Assembly: GCF_006345805.1 (NCBI RefSeq)
Contig: NC_043011.1
Location: forward strand, 21,898,464 to 21,962,463
Direction of reading: 5' to 3'
Length of the DNA stretch: 64,000 nt
Source: Octopus sinensis
Lineage: Eukaryota
Every line of letters begins with the position of its first letter. Position 1 is the first letter of the stretch. The position numbers were made by a program, and so were the translations under genes. Below are positions 1 to 11,360 of the stretch, one piece after another. The notes under the pieces were generated by a model. The model was given only the letters and a program-made list of their open reading frames with translations, was not told the origin of the DNA and ran no database searches.

Positions 1-67
1 TGTTGTTTCTTATTGTAACACAATATGTTCCTTTTGCAATGCATTTAAGTTCATGACCCCTTATTCA

Positions 68-120
<53 letters not shown>

Positions 121-122
<2 letters not shown>

Positions 123-458
123 AGGCACATGGCTCAGTGGTTAAAGCGTCGAGCTTACGATCGTGAAGTTGTGAGCTCGAATCCCGGACTGTGCTGCGTG
201 TTGTGTTCTTGAGCAAGACACTTTATTTCACGTTACTCCAGTTCACTCAGCTGTAGAAATGAGTTGCGACGTCACTGGTACCAAGCTGTATCAGCCTTTG
301 CCTTTCCCTTGGATAACACTGGTGGCATGGAGAGGGGAGGCCGGTATGCACGGGCGATTGCTGGTCTTTCATAAACAATCTTGCCCAGACTTGTGCCTGG
401 GAGTACCTAACCTTCTAGGTGCAATCCCATGGTCTGTGTCATGACCAAAGGGGGTCTC
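121..458 (+). mobile_element. tRNA-derived SINE (family C), apparently full length
   Basis: A-box-like tggctcagtgg and B-box-like gctcgaatccc, then a ttgagcaagacact...cactcagctgta central domain. TA-repeat flanks. A second, 5'-truncated copy lies at 36049-36287. Confidence 0.85.
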
Positions 459-673
459 AGATATATATATATATGTATGTATATATATGTATATATATAT
501 ATATATATATGAAAAAAACTAATAAATTGTAAAATAAAAGTCAGACTTATGATAATGTTTCAACCATGCTGATTCTGTCCCCTCTTTCCTTTCCTGTTTT
601 TTTGTGTTTTTCTTTTTCAACCATTGTGTGTATGTGTATGACTGTGTCCTCCAATGTGCCTATTACTCTCAAG

Positions 674-806
674 ATAATAGGGCTATATTTTGAAGAAGGC
701 ATGGATGATATTTCTTGCAGGTTGAGCAACAATAACAAACCTATTGTTGGATAATATTTCCAAAAGATCTGGTACTTATACCAAACTGCTAGGTGTATTA
801 AGGCAT
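674..806 (+). CDS. Candidate exon of an unidentified gene; acceptor at 673 or 720; disrupted by an in-frame TGA (723-725) or a +1 frameshift
   Basis: Strong donor CAT|gtaagc at 807. One frame is open 726-806 (ATITNLLLDNISKRSGTYTKLLGVLRH) and ends in phase 0, matching the exon at 1880. Another frame is open 674-751 (IIGLYFEEGMDDISCRL...). No AG occurs between 545 and 671. Confidence 0.4.
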
Positions 807-1699
807 GTAAGCATTAATTATACAAACCAAACACAATAAAACCTGCAGATTTTAACTCGGCTATATGAGTATAGCATTTAATTATCAGCTCAAAAGCTGT
901 CATTTCATTTCTACAATGTTATAAGCCAAAAATCTAAAGATAGGTGTGCTTGTAATCATACATTTGTATGTCAGCTTATGTACATTTTCATGTGATGTTC
1001 ACATGTGCAAAGTTTTCTCTGTACAAATACTACTCTAAGCCTTTTTAAAAAAATCTATTGTGCATTTGTTTCTTTTTAAATATGTTTTTGTTATAGTACT
1101 CACCTTAAGTTGTGAAAATATTTACGTAGTTATTGACATAAGTCATGTTAACTGGATGATTTGCGATAATTTTGTTTTGTTTTCCTTTAAGCATAAATAA
1201 TACTGAAATATTTCCCCAAGTTGAAGTATGTTTGAGTTGTCATTGATATCACAGACATTCATGCACAACAGCAGTAACAGTTCAGGTTTTACTACAGCTG
1301 ATAGTCAATCCTCTTTGGTTAACTGCTAGATTATGTTTTATTTTGGTAACTAGAGCAGAAATACTCTAAATTCAATCCTGTTTAAGTATAGTCAGCTAAC
1401 AAAAAGACTTAAGTCTTGTGTGTGTGTACATGTGTGTATGTGAACATATGTGAAAGTATGCAAGCACATGCACACATGGTGTTAAACTTTTTCAGTGAGG
1501 CTAACTTAGGAATATAATGGCATGGTAAACATGTGTGTGTTGGTTGTAATAATTTAAGAAAAATAGACTTATAGGTTTATGATTTCCAATTTATCTTCAT
1601 CTGTCATCAGAAAGATTTGACAGATGTTTTTAATAATCATTTAAAGAATAGAGGTTCTTGTTTTTTAGTAGTAGTAGTAGTGGTGGTTGTAGTACTTTA

Positions 1700-1701
<2 letters not shown>

Positions 1702-1741
<40 letters not shown>

Positions 1742-1794
1742 ATACACACACACACCACACACACACACACAACACACACACACACACACACACA

Positions 1795-1821
<27 letters not shown>
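1702..1821. repeat. (CA)n microsatellite about 60 bp upstream of the candidate exon at 1880
   Basis: Direct reading. Confidence 0.98.
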
Positions 1822-1825
<4 letters not shown>

Positions 1826-1879
1826 TATATATAACTATGGGTGTTGTTTATGTTGTTATGGAATTTTGTTTAAATTCAG

Positions 1880-1947
1880 AATTCTAGAGGTGAAGAGACT
1901 GTTGAACTGGAATTTTCAGCTCCGCTAATTCTTTCATCCTTATTATG
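1880..1947 (+). CDS. Candidate internal exon (68 bp, phase 0-2) of an unidentified gene: NSRGEETVELEFSAPLILSSLL(W)
   Basis: ttttgtttaaattcag acceptor, gtaata donor. Only one frame is open. Phases match the neighbouring candidate exons. Confidence 0.55.
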
Positions 1948-2744
1948 GTAATAGGAGAAAGCACAAGAAAAGGTAGTCAGACTTAAATGCCATAACCAGT
2001 TCAGTGTTATGCATATCTAAGTTAACATTCCACCTAGAGTTGATAATATAAGTATCAATTAATATACTAAATTCACTTGATCAGCTATAAAGTTTCTCCA
2101 TAAAGAAAGAGAAAAAAGAAGAACCAAAGAAAAGTACAAAAAACTCTGATGTAAAAATAGGATCATTCAGTGAAACCACCTCCACCACCCAAATGGTACT
2201 GTCTGAATGGATTCCATCACCAGCCAGTTAAACACACTCGGGAATACTTGACACAGTTTTTGATTTCAGTAATCTCAAGCCATACCTAAACACCATATTA
2301 AGAAAAGCATAAAGCCACAAATTCTCATTTCCTCCCACAAAAATCTCTAGTGATAGTTTTTAACCAGAGTGTTATTTTTTTTTCCTTTTGCTAACAATTC
2401 CATTAAGCAAAGACTGAAAGGAAATCTTTGTTGCTGTAATTAATTAAAAGGTTTCCACTAAACTACATGGGGCGTTGGTAAAGATGTAAATCTGGGACTT
2501 CAGAAGAATTATTCTTGTGTGGGAGAACAGACATAAAGCTGTATATAGTGTTGAAAGTTGATTTCTTTTTTATATTTTTCTTCTCTGTTTTCATATTTTA
2601 GAAATGAGATGGTTAAATAGTTAAATAGTTAAACTGCTCAACTAAGGTATTTGATTTCAATCCAGATATCAATTAGTAAGAGACCATATGAAACCTTTAC
2701 AATTAATTGATAAGAAAGTCACATAACCGCTCTTTTTTGTCCTG

Positions 2745-3100
<356 letters not shown>

Positions 3101-3527
3101 TGTTGTATGAGACTGAAATGAACAAAATGCAAATGTGAGTGTGTGTGAGAGAGAGAAAAAGATCATACACACCCACAATGCATATGTATACACGCAATGC
3201 AATTCCTCGAAAATGATATTTTCACTTTGAGATACTGGTTTTACAATATACATTTATATCCAAACCTATGATCTTTTCTCTTTCGGTTCATTGTACTTAG
3301 AAGTCAAGTAGAAATACTTATTACATTCTTCTTAATTTATTTTTCTTACTTAGAAAACACTTGTTCAAGCGATTTATTTTACTTTATATGGTACTATCTG
3401 CTTGATTTATTTCCTGTTAATTCCATTTAAATTACATATTATCTGACCTTTAGTAAATTAGTTGACCCAAGTACCAGTTTTTCTTTTTACTTCTTTGCTT
3501 ATATATATATATATATATATATATATA

Positions 3528-3651
3528 CTTTATTTAAAGCAGCAGAAAATTCAACAAAATCTGTTACTCTGAGTTTCTCGTTGCCGTTCGAACGGCAACG
3601 AGAAACTCAGAGTAACAGATTTTGTTGAATTTTCTGCTGCTTTAAATAAAG
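3528..3651. repeat. Perfect 124-bp palindrome with no spacer
   Basis: The 62-bp arms are exact reverse complements around ttc|gaa (3589/3590). Confidence 0.97.
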
Positions 3652-3722
3652 CATATTACTCTACCACTGGTATTTGAGTACTCATTTTTCCACCTTGTTT
3701 CACATTTATGTGTTTACTCCGG

Positions 3723-3753
<31 letters not shown>

Positions 3754-5293
3754 TATATAGCTCCATCATGTGTACCCATTATCATATGATGCTGCTTTGA
3801 TATTTGCATATTTCTTGTGTTATATTTTGATTTGTTGAGAAGGTGTCTTCTATTATTATTGGTGGTGGTGGTGGTGGATCTCTGCCATTTGGCCATGTGG
3901 ACTCAATTTTCTTAATTAGCTGAGTTACCTGCTCCTGAATTAGTTTGCAAGTAGTTGAGTATTCCACAGATATATGTACCTTTTAACTTAATTCTCCAGC
4001 AAAATCAACCTGATACTGTGTGTAACAAGGCTGTACCTTTTGACTTTTAAACTCAGTCTGCCTGGCAGGCTTCAGTACAGTTTCTATCTACCCAGTTTCC
4101 CTCACATAAGTATAGGTCATTCTGAGACTAGAGAAAATGACAATTTTCTTGAATCAATCCAGGCCTTATGAGTGAATTGAGTGGGTGAACAGAAACTGTG
4201 TTGAAACCTGCCAAATGGATTGTATGTACAATTCAAAGGTCCAGCCTTGTCACACTGTGTCACATTAACTGTGATCAAAGATACATTTATCTATGGGTAC
4301 ATGTATCTATAGAATATTGAGCCACATTTAGGGTACATATCTCTATAGAATATTGAGCAACATACATACTAATACAATGAGCTGGGTATTTCAGTTGATT
4401 GGACAGCTGAAAATTCATAGTTGGAAATTCTGACCAAGGTCCATTTATTTTTTTAATTTATATATGTTTCTATATAACCAACCTACTCAGCCATCTTCCA
4501 CTCTCTGTCTGTGCTCTCTCTTTATTCACCTTCTTGTACCTTGAAGGTATACCCTAACACATCATTTCCACCATCCATTCTCCTTTTCCTGCTGGGGCAG
4601 CCATATATCTCTCGTACACTAACACATCTGCCCTTGTTTCCCTTTTTATGCTATAGCCTATGAACACCTGGTACAAATCCACTTCCCTCAATTCTGTATC
4701 CTCACTCCATCAAGGGGTCATTTTCAGTGAGTTACTTGGTGACATCACTAGTGCTGGTACCATGAAAAAATATCTAGTACACTGTTAAGTGATTGGTGTT
4801 AAGTAGGGCATCCAAACATTGAAACCTTGTCAAAGCAGACATTGGAGCCCAACACAGCTCTCTGATTAGTCAAATCCTGTCAACTATACAACCCATGTCA
4901 ACATGAAATATGTTGATGATGATATATTTATGCTATTGCCATGAATGTGGCCACAAGTGAATTCAATAACTTAGTTATTGGTGATATCATTATGATTTCT
5001 ATTATTGAAATAAAGCCAAGTCTATTGACTGCTACTTATTTTTAGTGACCTTAAAATGTTGGAAAAGAAGGTGTGATGCTATCGAATTTCATTCAAATGA
5101 TATTCGGTTTCATTCAACGATTAGTGTGTGAGATTCTGGGCAAGTGTCTCTTACTAAAGCTACCGATCAGTCAACCCATAACTTGTGACATTTTGTTTCT
5201 ACCACTTTACTGCTCTACTTTTCCTTTGTCAATTAGTATATCATTAAAAAATGTTGTAATTACCAATTAAATACCTTTAACTACATGAAATTG

Positions 5294-5957
5294 CAAGGAG
5301 ATACCTAAAAGTAACCAGAAACATTCTCTACAGAACAGGTCCATTGTCGTCCAGGCTTCTGCTGCTAGAAGCCACTTGATGCAACCCTCAGGCATCAGTC
5401 TGTCGACTGGCAGCAGCAGGTAAAGTCGACCTCTTGAACAAATGAAAACATGAAAATTCATGAACTGATCTTGGAGGATCATCACTGAACAATTGACAAA
5501 CTTGTTGACATCACTGAACAATTGACGAACTTGTTGACATGACTGGAGCTTCTGCCAATGAATTTTGAGTGAGGAATTGTGAATGAAAAGAGTTGCAGCA
5601 AAATTTGTACCTCACTTGCTCATGGAAGATCAAAAGAAGTCATTGAAGATCAAAAGATCATGAACTGAAAGAACAGTTGGAAATTGATCTAGACCTTTTT
5701 TCAAAGGTCATCACTGGTGACAAAAGCTGGTGCTATGGAATTTTTAGATATGGAAGAGGTGAAGAAAGAAACGACAGAGGTGTTAAAAGGCATCACTTCA
5801 CAAGAGTTCCAGCACTGCTTCAAACAGTGGAAAACCTGCCTGGACTGATGCATTGCTTCATATGGAGAATACCTTGAAAGTGATAAAAGTGTAAACATGT
5901 AAACTAAGTGAATAAAATAATATTGCAAAATTCCAGTTTCTTTTGAGTACCCCCTTG
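5294..5957 (+). mobile_element. Internally deleted mariner (Tc1/mariner) with both TIRs
   Basis: Degenerate TIRs caaggagatacctaaaagtaaccagaa / ttccagtttctttttgagtacccccttg, with TA at 5958-5959. Remnant motifs KRVAAKFVP, VITGDKSWCYG and FKQWK. A 29-bp tandem duplication lies near 5482-5540. Confidence 0.85.
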
Positions 5958-7297
5958 TATATCTGCTCTGCCAGGAATTAAACAACTTTGATTGTTGCTA
6001 TTGGGGATGGTATAGGATCTATCCAACCCTCTCGTTTCTTTCTGATACCCTCTCTCATTTATTCCCCATACCAAACCATGTAACTAGGGACCTACCCATA
6101 TCCAATACCCATAGCATTATAATTTATCCTTAGGTCAGTCTTCTTTGTTGATTCAAATGGCATACACATTAGGAATATTGGGAAGGGAGGTTTAGACCTA
6201 GGTCAGTTTTCATTGTTGGTTCAGCTGATACATAGTAAAGATATTGGGAGTAAGTGAGGTGGGTGTTGTGGGAGTCCCTATCTTTAGGTGTATATAAGTT
6301 ATGTATGAAGACAATTTTATTACACAATATTTTGCTATAGATAATGTTTTCAGTGGTGAATCAATTCTAGAAAAATACCACTCAACAAATATCATAAGAT
6401 TTTTATAAAATATTACTTCAGTTTATATATAAGTATGAATATTTTGTCTCAAATTTCAATGACAGAATTTTACATGAATTTCTCAATTATTTCATCTTTA
6501 GGTAGACCTTAATAATAGTAAACAAAAAATGTAAATCATTTATTTAACATTTGGCTACTTACCTTTGTTAATGCTTTTATTGTTCAGTATTTTTCCTCTG
6601 TATTCTGCTAAAAGTAACCTCCTTAATTATTTTAATTATATTTTTGAATTTATTGTTGGGAATGAACAATATCATTTATAGTAATGCTTTTGAATTGTAT
6701 TAAAAAAGAAAGAATTAGTAGCAGTGAAGGTGAAATGAAGTGGCCCACTTAGATGAATGTCTGTATAGACATTAGTCTGATTTTTCAATAGCAACATTAT
6801 TACAGAATGTAAATGGTTTTCTAAACCATATCAATAAGTGATATATTGTACAGAAAAATGTCTGCAACTATTAATGAAGAAAACTATTCAATAGTGACAG
6901 CATTATGTTGCTTTGTTCATTTTCAAGTATTTTTGTCAATTTCCAAGTAATCAAAAAATTAATTTTCTAAATAGCAATTCTTAGCTGTTTTGTTACTATA
7001 TTTCTGTTGAAATACCTTTGTTTCAATTAATTTTAGAAATAATGAAGAATTTAACAAAATAATTTTGTTATTATTAAGCTGGTGTCTGGATCATAAAATA
7101 GCATGAATTTTTGATGGAAGATTTTAATTTAGATGACTTAAACACAAAGTTTGTATTATAAAACCCAGAAGTGATCTCGGGCAGGTTGATATGAAAAGGG
7201 CTAGCCCTGAAAAGGTAAAGTTGTAGTTTAGCCTGTTGTTATCACTACTTTTATTTCAATTAATTTTTTTTAATTTATGAAGAATTTAGTTTATGTA

Positions 7298-8586
7298 TTA
7301 GGTTGGCAACCAAGCTCCCACCGTTTTTTAAAATTTAAATTTTTAAAAGGTTTAATAAAAAAATAACAACTAATTAATCAATAATGTATTCACCCTTGTT
7401 GTTTACAACTTCTTCCCAACGTTCAACAAAATTTTCAATACCTCGTTGGTAGAAATCACCCGATTTTGACTCGAAAAATTGATTCAACCAAGCTCTCAAT
7501 TCTGCATCAGTATTGAATGAAACTCTGTGCATAGCATTTGAAAGAGATTGAAAGAGGTGGAAATCCATTGGTGCCAAATCAGGTGAGTACAGCAGGTGTG
7601 GCAGCACCTCCAAGCCATGCGTTTGAATGGCTTCCTTGGTCATATTGGCAATGTAAGGGCAGGCATTGTCATGCAGCAGAAGCACTCCATGCTGCCGATT
7701 AGGTCTTTTCTCTTGAATAGCTGTGTTGAGTCATTCCATCTGTTGAACATAGCGTTCTGCATTGACTGTTTGGTTCCATTCAAGCAATTCGTAATAGATA
7801 ATCCCTTCCTAGTCCCACCATACGCACAACATCATTTTACGCAGATGAAGATTTTGTTTCACATGCGGTGTCACTTTCTTACCGGGGCTAAGCCATTCCT
7901 TACACTGCTTCATATTGATGTAGAGGCACCATTTTTCATCACCAGTAACGATTCGGTAAAGAAATCATTGTTTGTGTCCATGAGTTGAGCGGTGACGAGC
8001 AAACAAACCAGTGCAGATTGTGGCTCGTTGATTTTTGTTGTTGTCACTTAAAGCATGCAGAACCCATGCTCCATACTTCTGAACCTTTCCCATCGAATGA
8101 AGATGCTTCTCTCTAGCAGTGTGGCATCATTTCATTTTCTCTGCCAGTTCCCTTGTCGTTTCACGAGAATTTTCGTGCAAAAGTTGGTGTAATTGCTCTT
8201 CATCGAACTCAACAGGATGGCCAGAATGAGGTGTGTCTTTGAGGTCAAAATTTCCATTTTTGAACTTGGCATACCAATCACAAGCAGTTCTTTCAGCTAT
8301 GGCACCCTCTCCATACATGGCACAAATGTCGTGAGCAGCTTTTGCGGCCTTAGAACCGTGATTAAAAGCAAAAAGAAGAAGGTGTCAAAAATGCTCGTTT
8401 TTGTTAACTTGACATTCCATTTTAATGATCTGAAAATAAGCAAAAATTAACTGAAATTAACTAGAAAAAAAATTGATTCCAAAATGATTCAAAAATAGAA
8501 TTCTCAAAAATAATAGATTCCAACATTTAAAAATGCAATAAATTCCAAAGTTAAAAAAAACAGCGGGAACTTAGTTGCTAACCCAA
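7298..8586 (-). mobile_element. Full-length (1289 bp) DD34D mariner with a disrupted transposase
   Basis: TA flanks at 7296-7297 and 8587-8588. TIRs ttaggttggcaaccaagctccc / gggaacttagttgctaacccaa. Motifs WVLHAL, IVTGDEKW, HDNA and YSPDLAPMDFHLF, with 34 residues between the second and third D. Confidence 0.95.
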
Positions 8587-9260
8587 TATATCTTAAGGTC
8601 TCTCTTGTGCAGCCATAGTTTATATTTACTATACTATATGGAATACCTACCTAGTCTGTTTCTGCATATCAAACATGACCATTTTCCAGATGGCAACAAA
8701 GTCTTCTCTCTTGCTAAGATATTTGTTTTTGCTAGTTTTACTTTAAAGGCCTTGTGCTGACATGTTTAGAATTTCCTCTCTAATTCTTTGAGCTTTGCAA
8801 ACTAAATCATCAGCATAATACAAAAGTGCCCATGGACGGTGCTCTTTCCTTCCTGCTTGGAGAACTGTGAAAAAATAGGAGGTGGTGAGAACAAAACCAT
8901 GCTAAATTCCTTGCTGGACTCCTTGCTAATTTTCAACTTGCTGACAACATCTGTATAGCCATGAAAGAAAATGGCTTGCATGGTTCTTCACAAACCATTT
9001 GTCTATACTTGTTTTCTTAACAACCACCAGACTACTGAGCATGGTATTCTTTCATAGGTCTTCTCCATGTGCTAGATATAGTGAGTTGCTTTTAGCTAAG
9101 AACTGTGATAGTAGTTTCAGTCATTGGACTGATGCCATGCTAGAACACCTTTTATTTAATTCTTCTACTTAATTCTTTCTTTTACCTAACTAGATTCAGC
9201 CTGCAAAAGCCTTTAGTCACTTACATTGGCCCCCAGAACTTTGCATTGTATTTATTTCAG

Positions 9261-9286
9261 GCTTCTTGTAAGATATGAAATGGAAA
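9261..9286 (+). CDS. Candidate 26-nt microexon (phase 2-1): (W)LLVRYEME(R)
   Basis: tgtatttatttcag acceptor, gtaagc donor. It supplies exactly the phase bridge needed between 1947 and 9758. Confidence 0.55.
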
Positions 9287-9757
9287 GTAAGCATTGTTGT
9301 AATGGAAAAGAATTCCACAGAACTTAAGTAAGGCAGTATATACGTGTGTGTGTGTGTGTGTTAGGGAGGGAGGGGAGAGAGAACAAATTCTGCCAAGTTT
9401 CACTTACAAGGAAATGTTTGGCTGCAAGAGAAGGTGCTTTCCCAAAGTGCCACACCATGAGATTGAGCCTGAACTGTGTGGTTGCAAAGTGAACTTATTT
9501 TAGTTATAATTTCCATGGTTTGGATGAGTATAGAAGAATTAACAGGTCCTTAGTAGTTATGCTCATTAATACTTAACTAGTTCTCTTGCAATCTATTCTA
9601 TAGATAACTTCTTAACATTTAAAATTATATTAATTAAGAACTGGATATTGCAGATATGATATTCTCTTATTCTCTGAATTTGAAGAGAGTTTTTCTCATA
9701 TTTTAGGAGAACACATTGAAAGAACTACTGATATTTTTCTTTTTTTTTTAATCCTAG

Positions 9758-9895
9758 GAGATTTAGATTGTTGCAGAGATTATGTGGTGTGTTGCTTTAA
9801 TGACCTTTGTACAGGGCCTCCTAGACTAGTGGAGGGAGGAAAGTATCCTGAAATTAGAAACCTGGGCCACATGTTTGCAGCAGAGTGGAATCAAG
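9758..9895 (+). CDS. Candidate exon (138 bp, phase 1-1; or terminal exon to TGA 9904-9906): (R)DLDCCRDYVVCCFNDLCTGPPRLVEGGKYPEIRNLGHMFAAEWNQ(G)
   Basis: Long poly-T tract plus cctag acceptor. 46 open codons, GC richer than the flanks. The donor AAG|gtacca is weak. Protein family not recognised. Confidence 0.6.
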
Positions 9896-10884
9896 GTACC
9901 ATATGAATTTGAACTAGATTGATATTTTTATGTTGGCTCTGAAAGCATAAAAGCAAAGTAGACCTAAGTGTTCTCATTCTATTAAAAACGTTGATGATTG
10001 TTTCACTTCAATATTTTCATGAGCCCTTTTTGTAGTTTCAATCTTGGTTTTACATATGTCCAGTAGTTAGTTTTTTTTTTTGTTTTTTTTTGTCTTGGTT
10101 ATTACTAAATTTCCCCATTGAACAAATGAAATAAGTACTGCAAGCTAAATATTTAATCAATTAATTGCACAATACTTCCTCTCCTTGTTGTTCACTTGGT
10201 TGTACAATAGCTACCACGGAAAATTACAATTCATTGTTATAAGTAGTTAAAGTGTCTGCCAACACCATGGTGCAATACCAGTGATAGTATGAGCCGTTAG
10301 TCATACATTTAGGTTTGTGGCGGTTCTCAATTTATCTAAAGTTGCAATTCATGCCAGTATCAGAAAATAGTTCTTTTAGTGACTTATTTTAAAAAATCCA
10401 TTTTAGATTTTGCAGTTCAAAAAAAATTTTTTTTTTTTTTCATATCTTGTAGGAGTTGTTTTGTTTTAACAGCTGCTTAATTGTTAGTTTAGGAATTTGT
10501 TATTGCATACATGTGTGTATAATTTATGCAGTTTCTGTGGAGTATATAATTTTCAAGTGATTATATATTCCATAGAATGTATACATTCTTCATGCACTCC
10601 TAGAAAATTTTTCAATGTCATTATTTCAAATTGCCTCATTAATTAATTATTTTCATACCAAAGCTATATACTCTTGAAAATCATTCCATAGTTTGGTAAT
10701 TTTGTCATACTATTCTTTGCTTAGGAGTTCTAAAACCAAAACATGTCCAAAGTTGAAATGAGGCAGCTGGGTGAAGCTGTTTGGACATTGGCAATTTAGT
10801 ATAGCTGACTGAACAGTATAGCTTTCCTGATCAAATATTGTTGCACAGTTATCCTCATACAGCTCACTCACATCAGCCAGTCTG

Positions 10885-11360
10885 TTACTCTTCTTCTTAC
10901 AGCATTCACCCGGGGTGGGTTGAGCTGGCTTCATTCATCCTCAATGCTGCATCTCTCACAAATGCCGACCAGGTCTGGCGATTTGAGGCTAATGACCACA
11001 TGATCTCCAACCACTCCTTATTCCAGCGGCGAACGCCATAGATATGGGGGCCTAGGTTGGGTTCCAGATCAGCCTTGACCGTCATCAGCCAGGTTTTTCG
11101 TTGTCCACCACAACGCTTTCACCAACCTTGAAGGGGAGCTGGGGCAATTGCTTCGTAGATGAATTCTCCTGGCTGATGACAGAGGGCATGACCCAGCCAA
11201 TGCAGGCGTCTCGTTAGGATGACTTGTTGGAGGGAGGTGATTCTGCACTGGTGTCGCACTGAATTGTTGGAGACAAAGTGATGCCATCGGACATGAAGGA
11301 TGCGGCGTAGGCAGAGGTGATCGCAGGATTCTAGTTGTTTAGGATACTGCTTATAAGAAA
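10885..11360 (-). mobile_element. RTE-clade LINE 3' fragment (pseudogenised)
   Basis: LRRILHVRW..., RRLHWLGH, then an in-frame TGA, GGQRKTWLMTVKADL ... STHPG*, followed by a short repeat tail. Confidence 0.85.

Noticed and set aside
121-195. tRNA-like A/B boxes (also at 53539, 51017, 22761)
   Set aside because: They continue into SINE bodies present in multiple copies. I found no complete cloverleaf.
723-754. Antizyme-type programmed +1 frameshift
   Set aside because: No UCC-UGA slippery site, and the peptide does not resemble antizyme.
3782-3967. Minus-strand ORF with a poly-Pro run
   Set aside because: The Pro run comes from a (ggt)n microsatellite. No convincing splice sites or homology.
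6563-6607. Possible 45-bp minus-strand exon (EYRGKILNNKSINK) with a strong gtaagt donor
   Set aside because: Poor polypyrimidine tract, and no partner minus-strand exons found.
10313-10393. Possible phase-1 terminal exon (GLWRFSIYLKL...DLF*) for the upstream gene; similar candidate at about 14989
   Set aside because: Weak acceptor and no independent support. Either could be chance.
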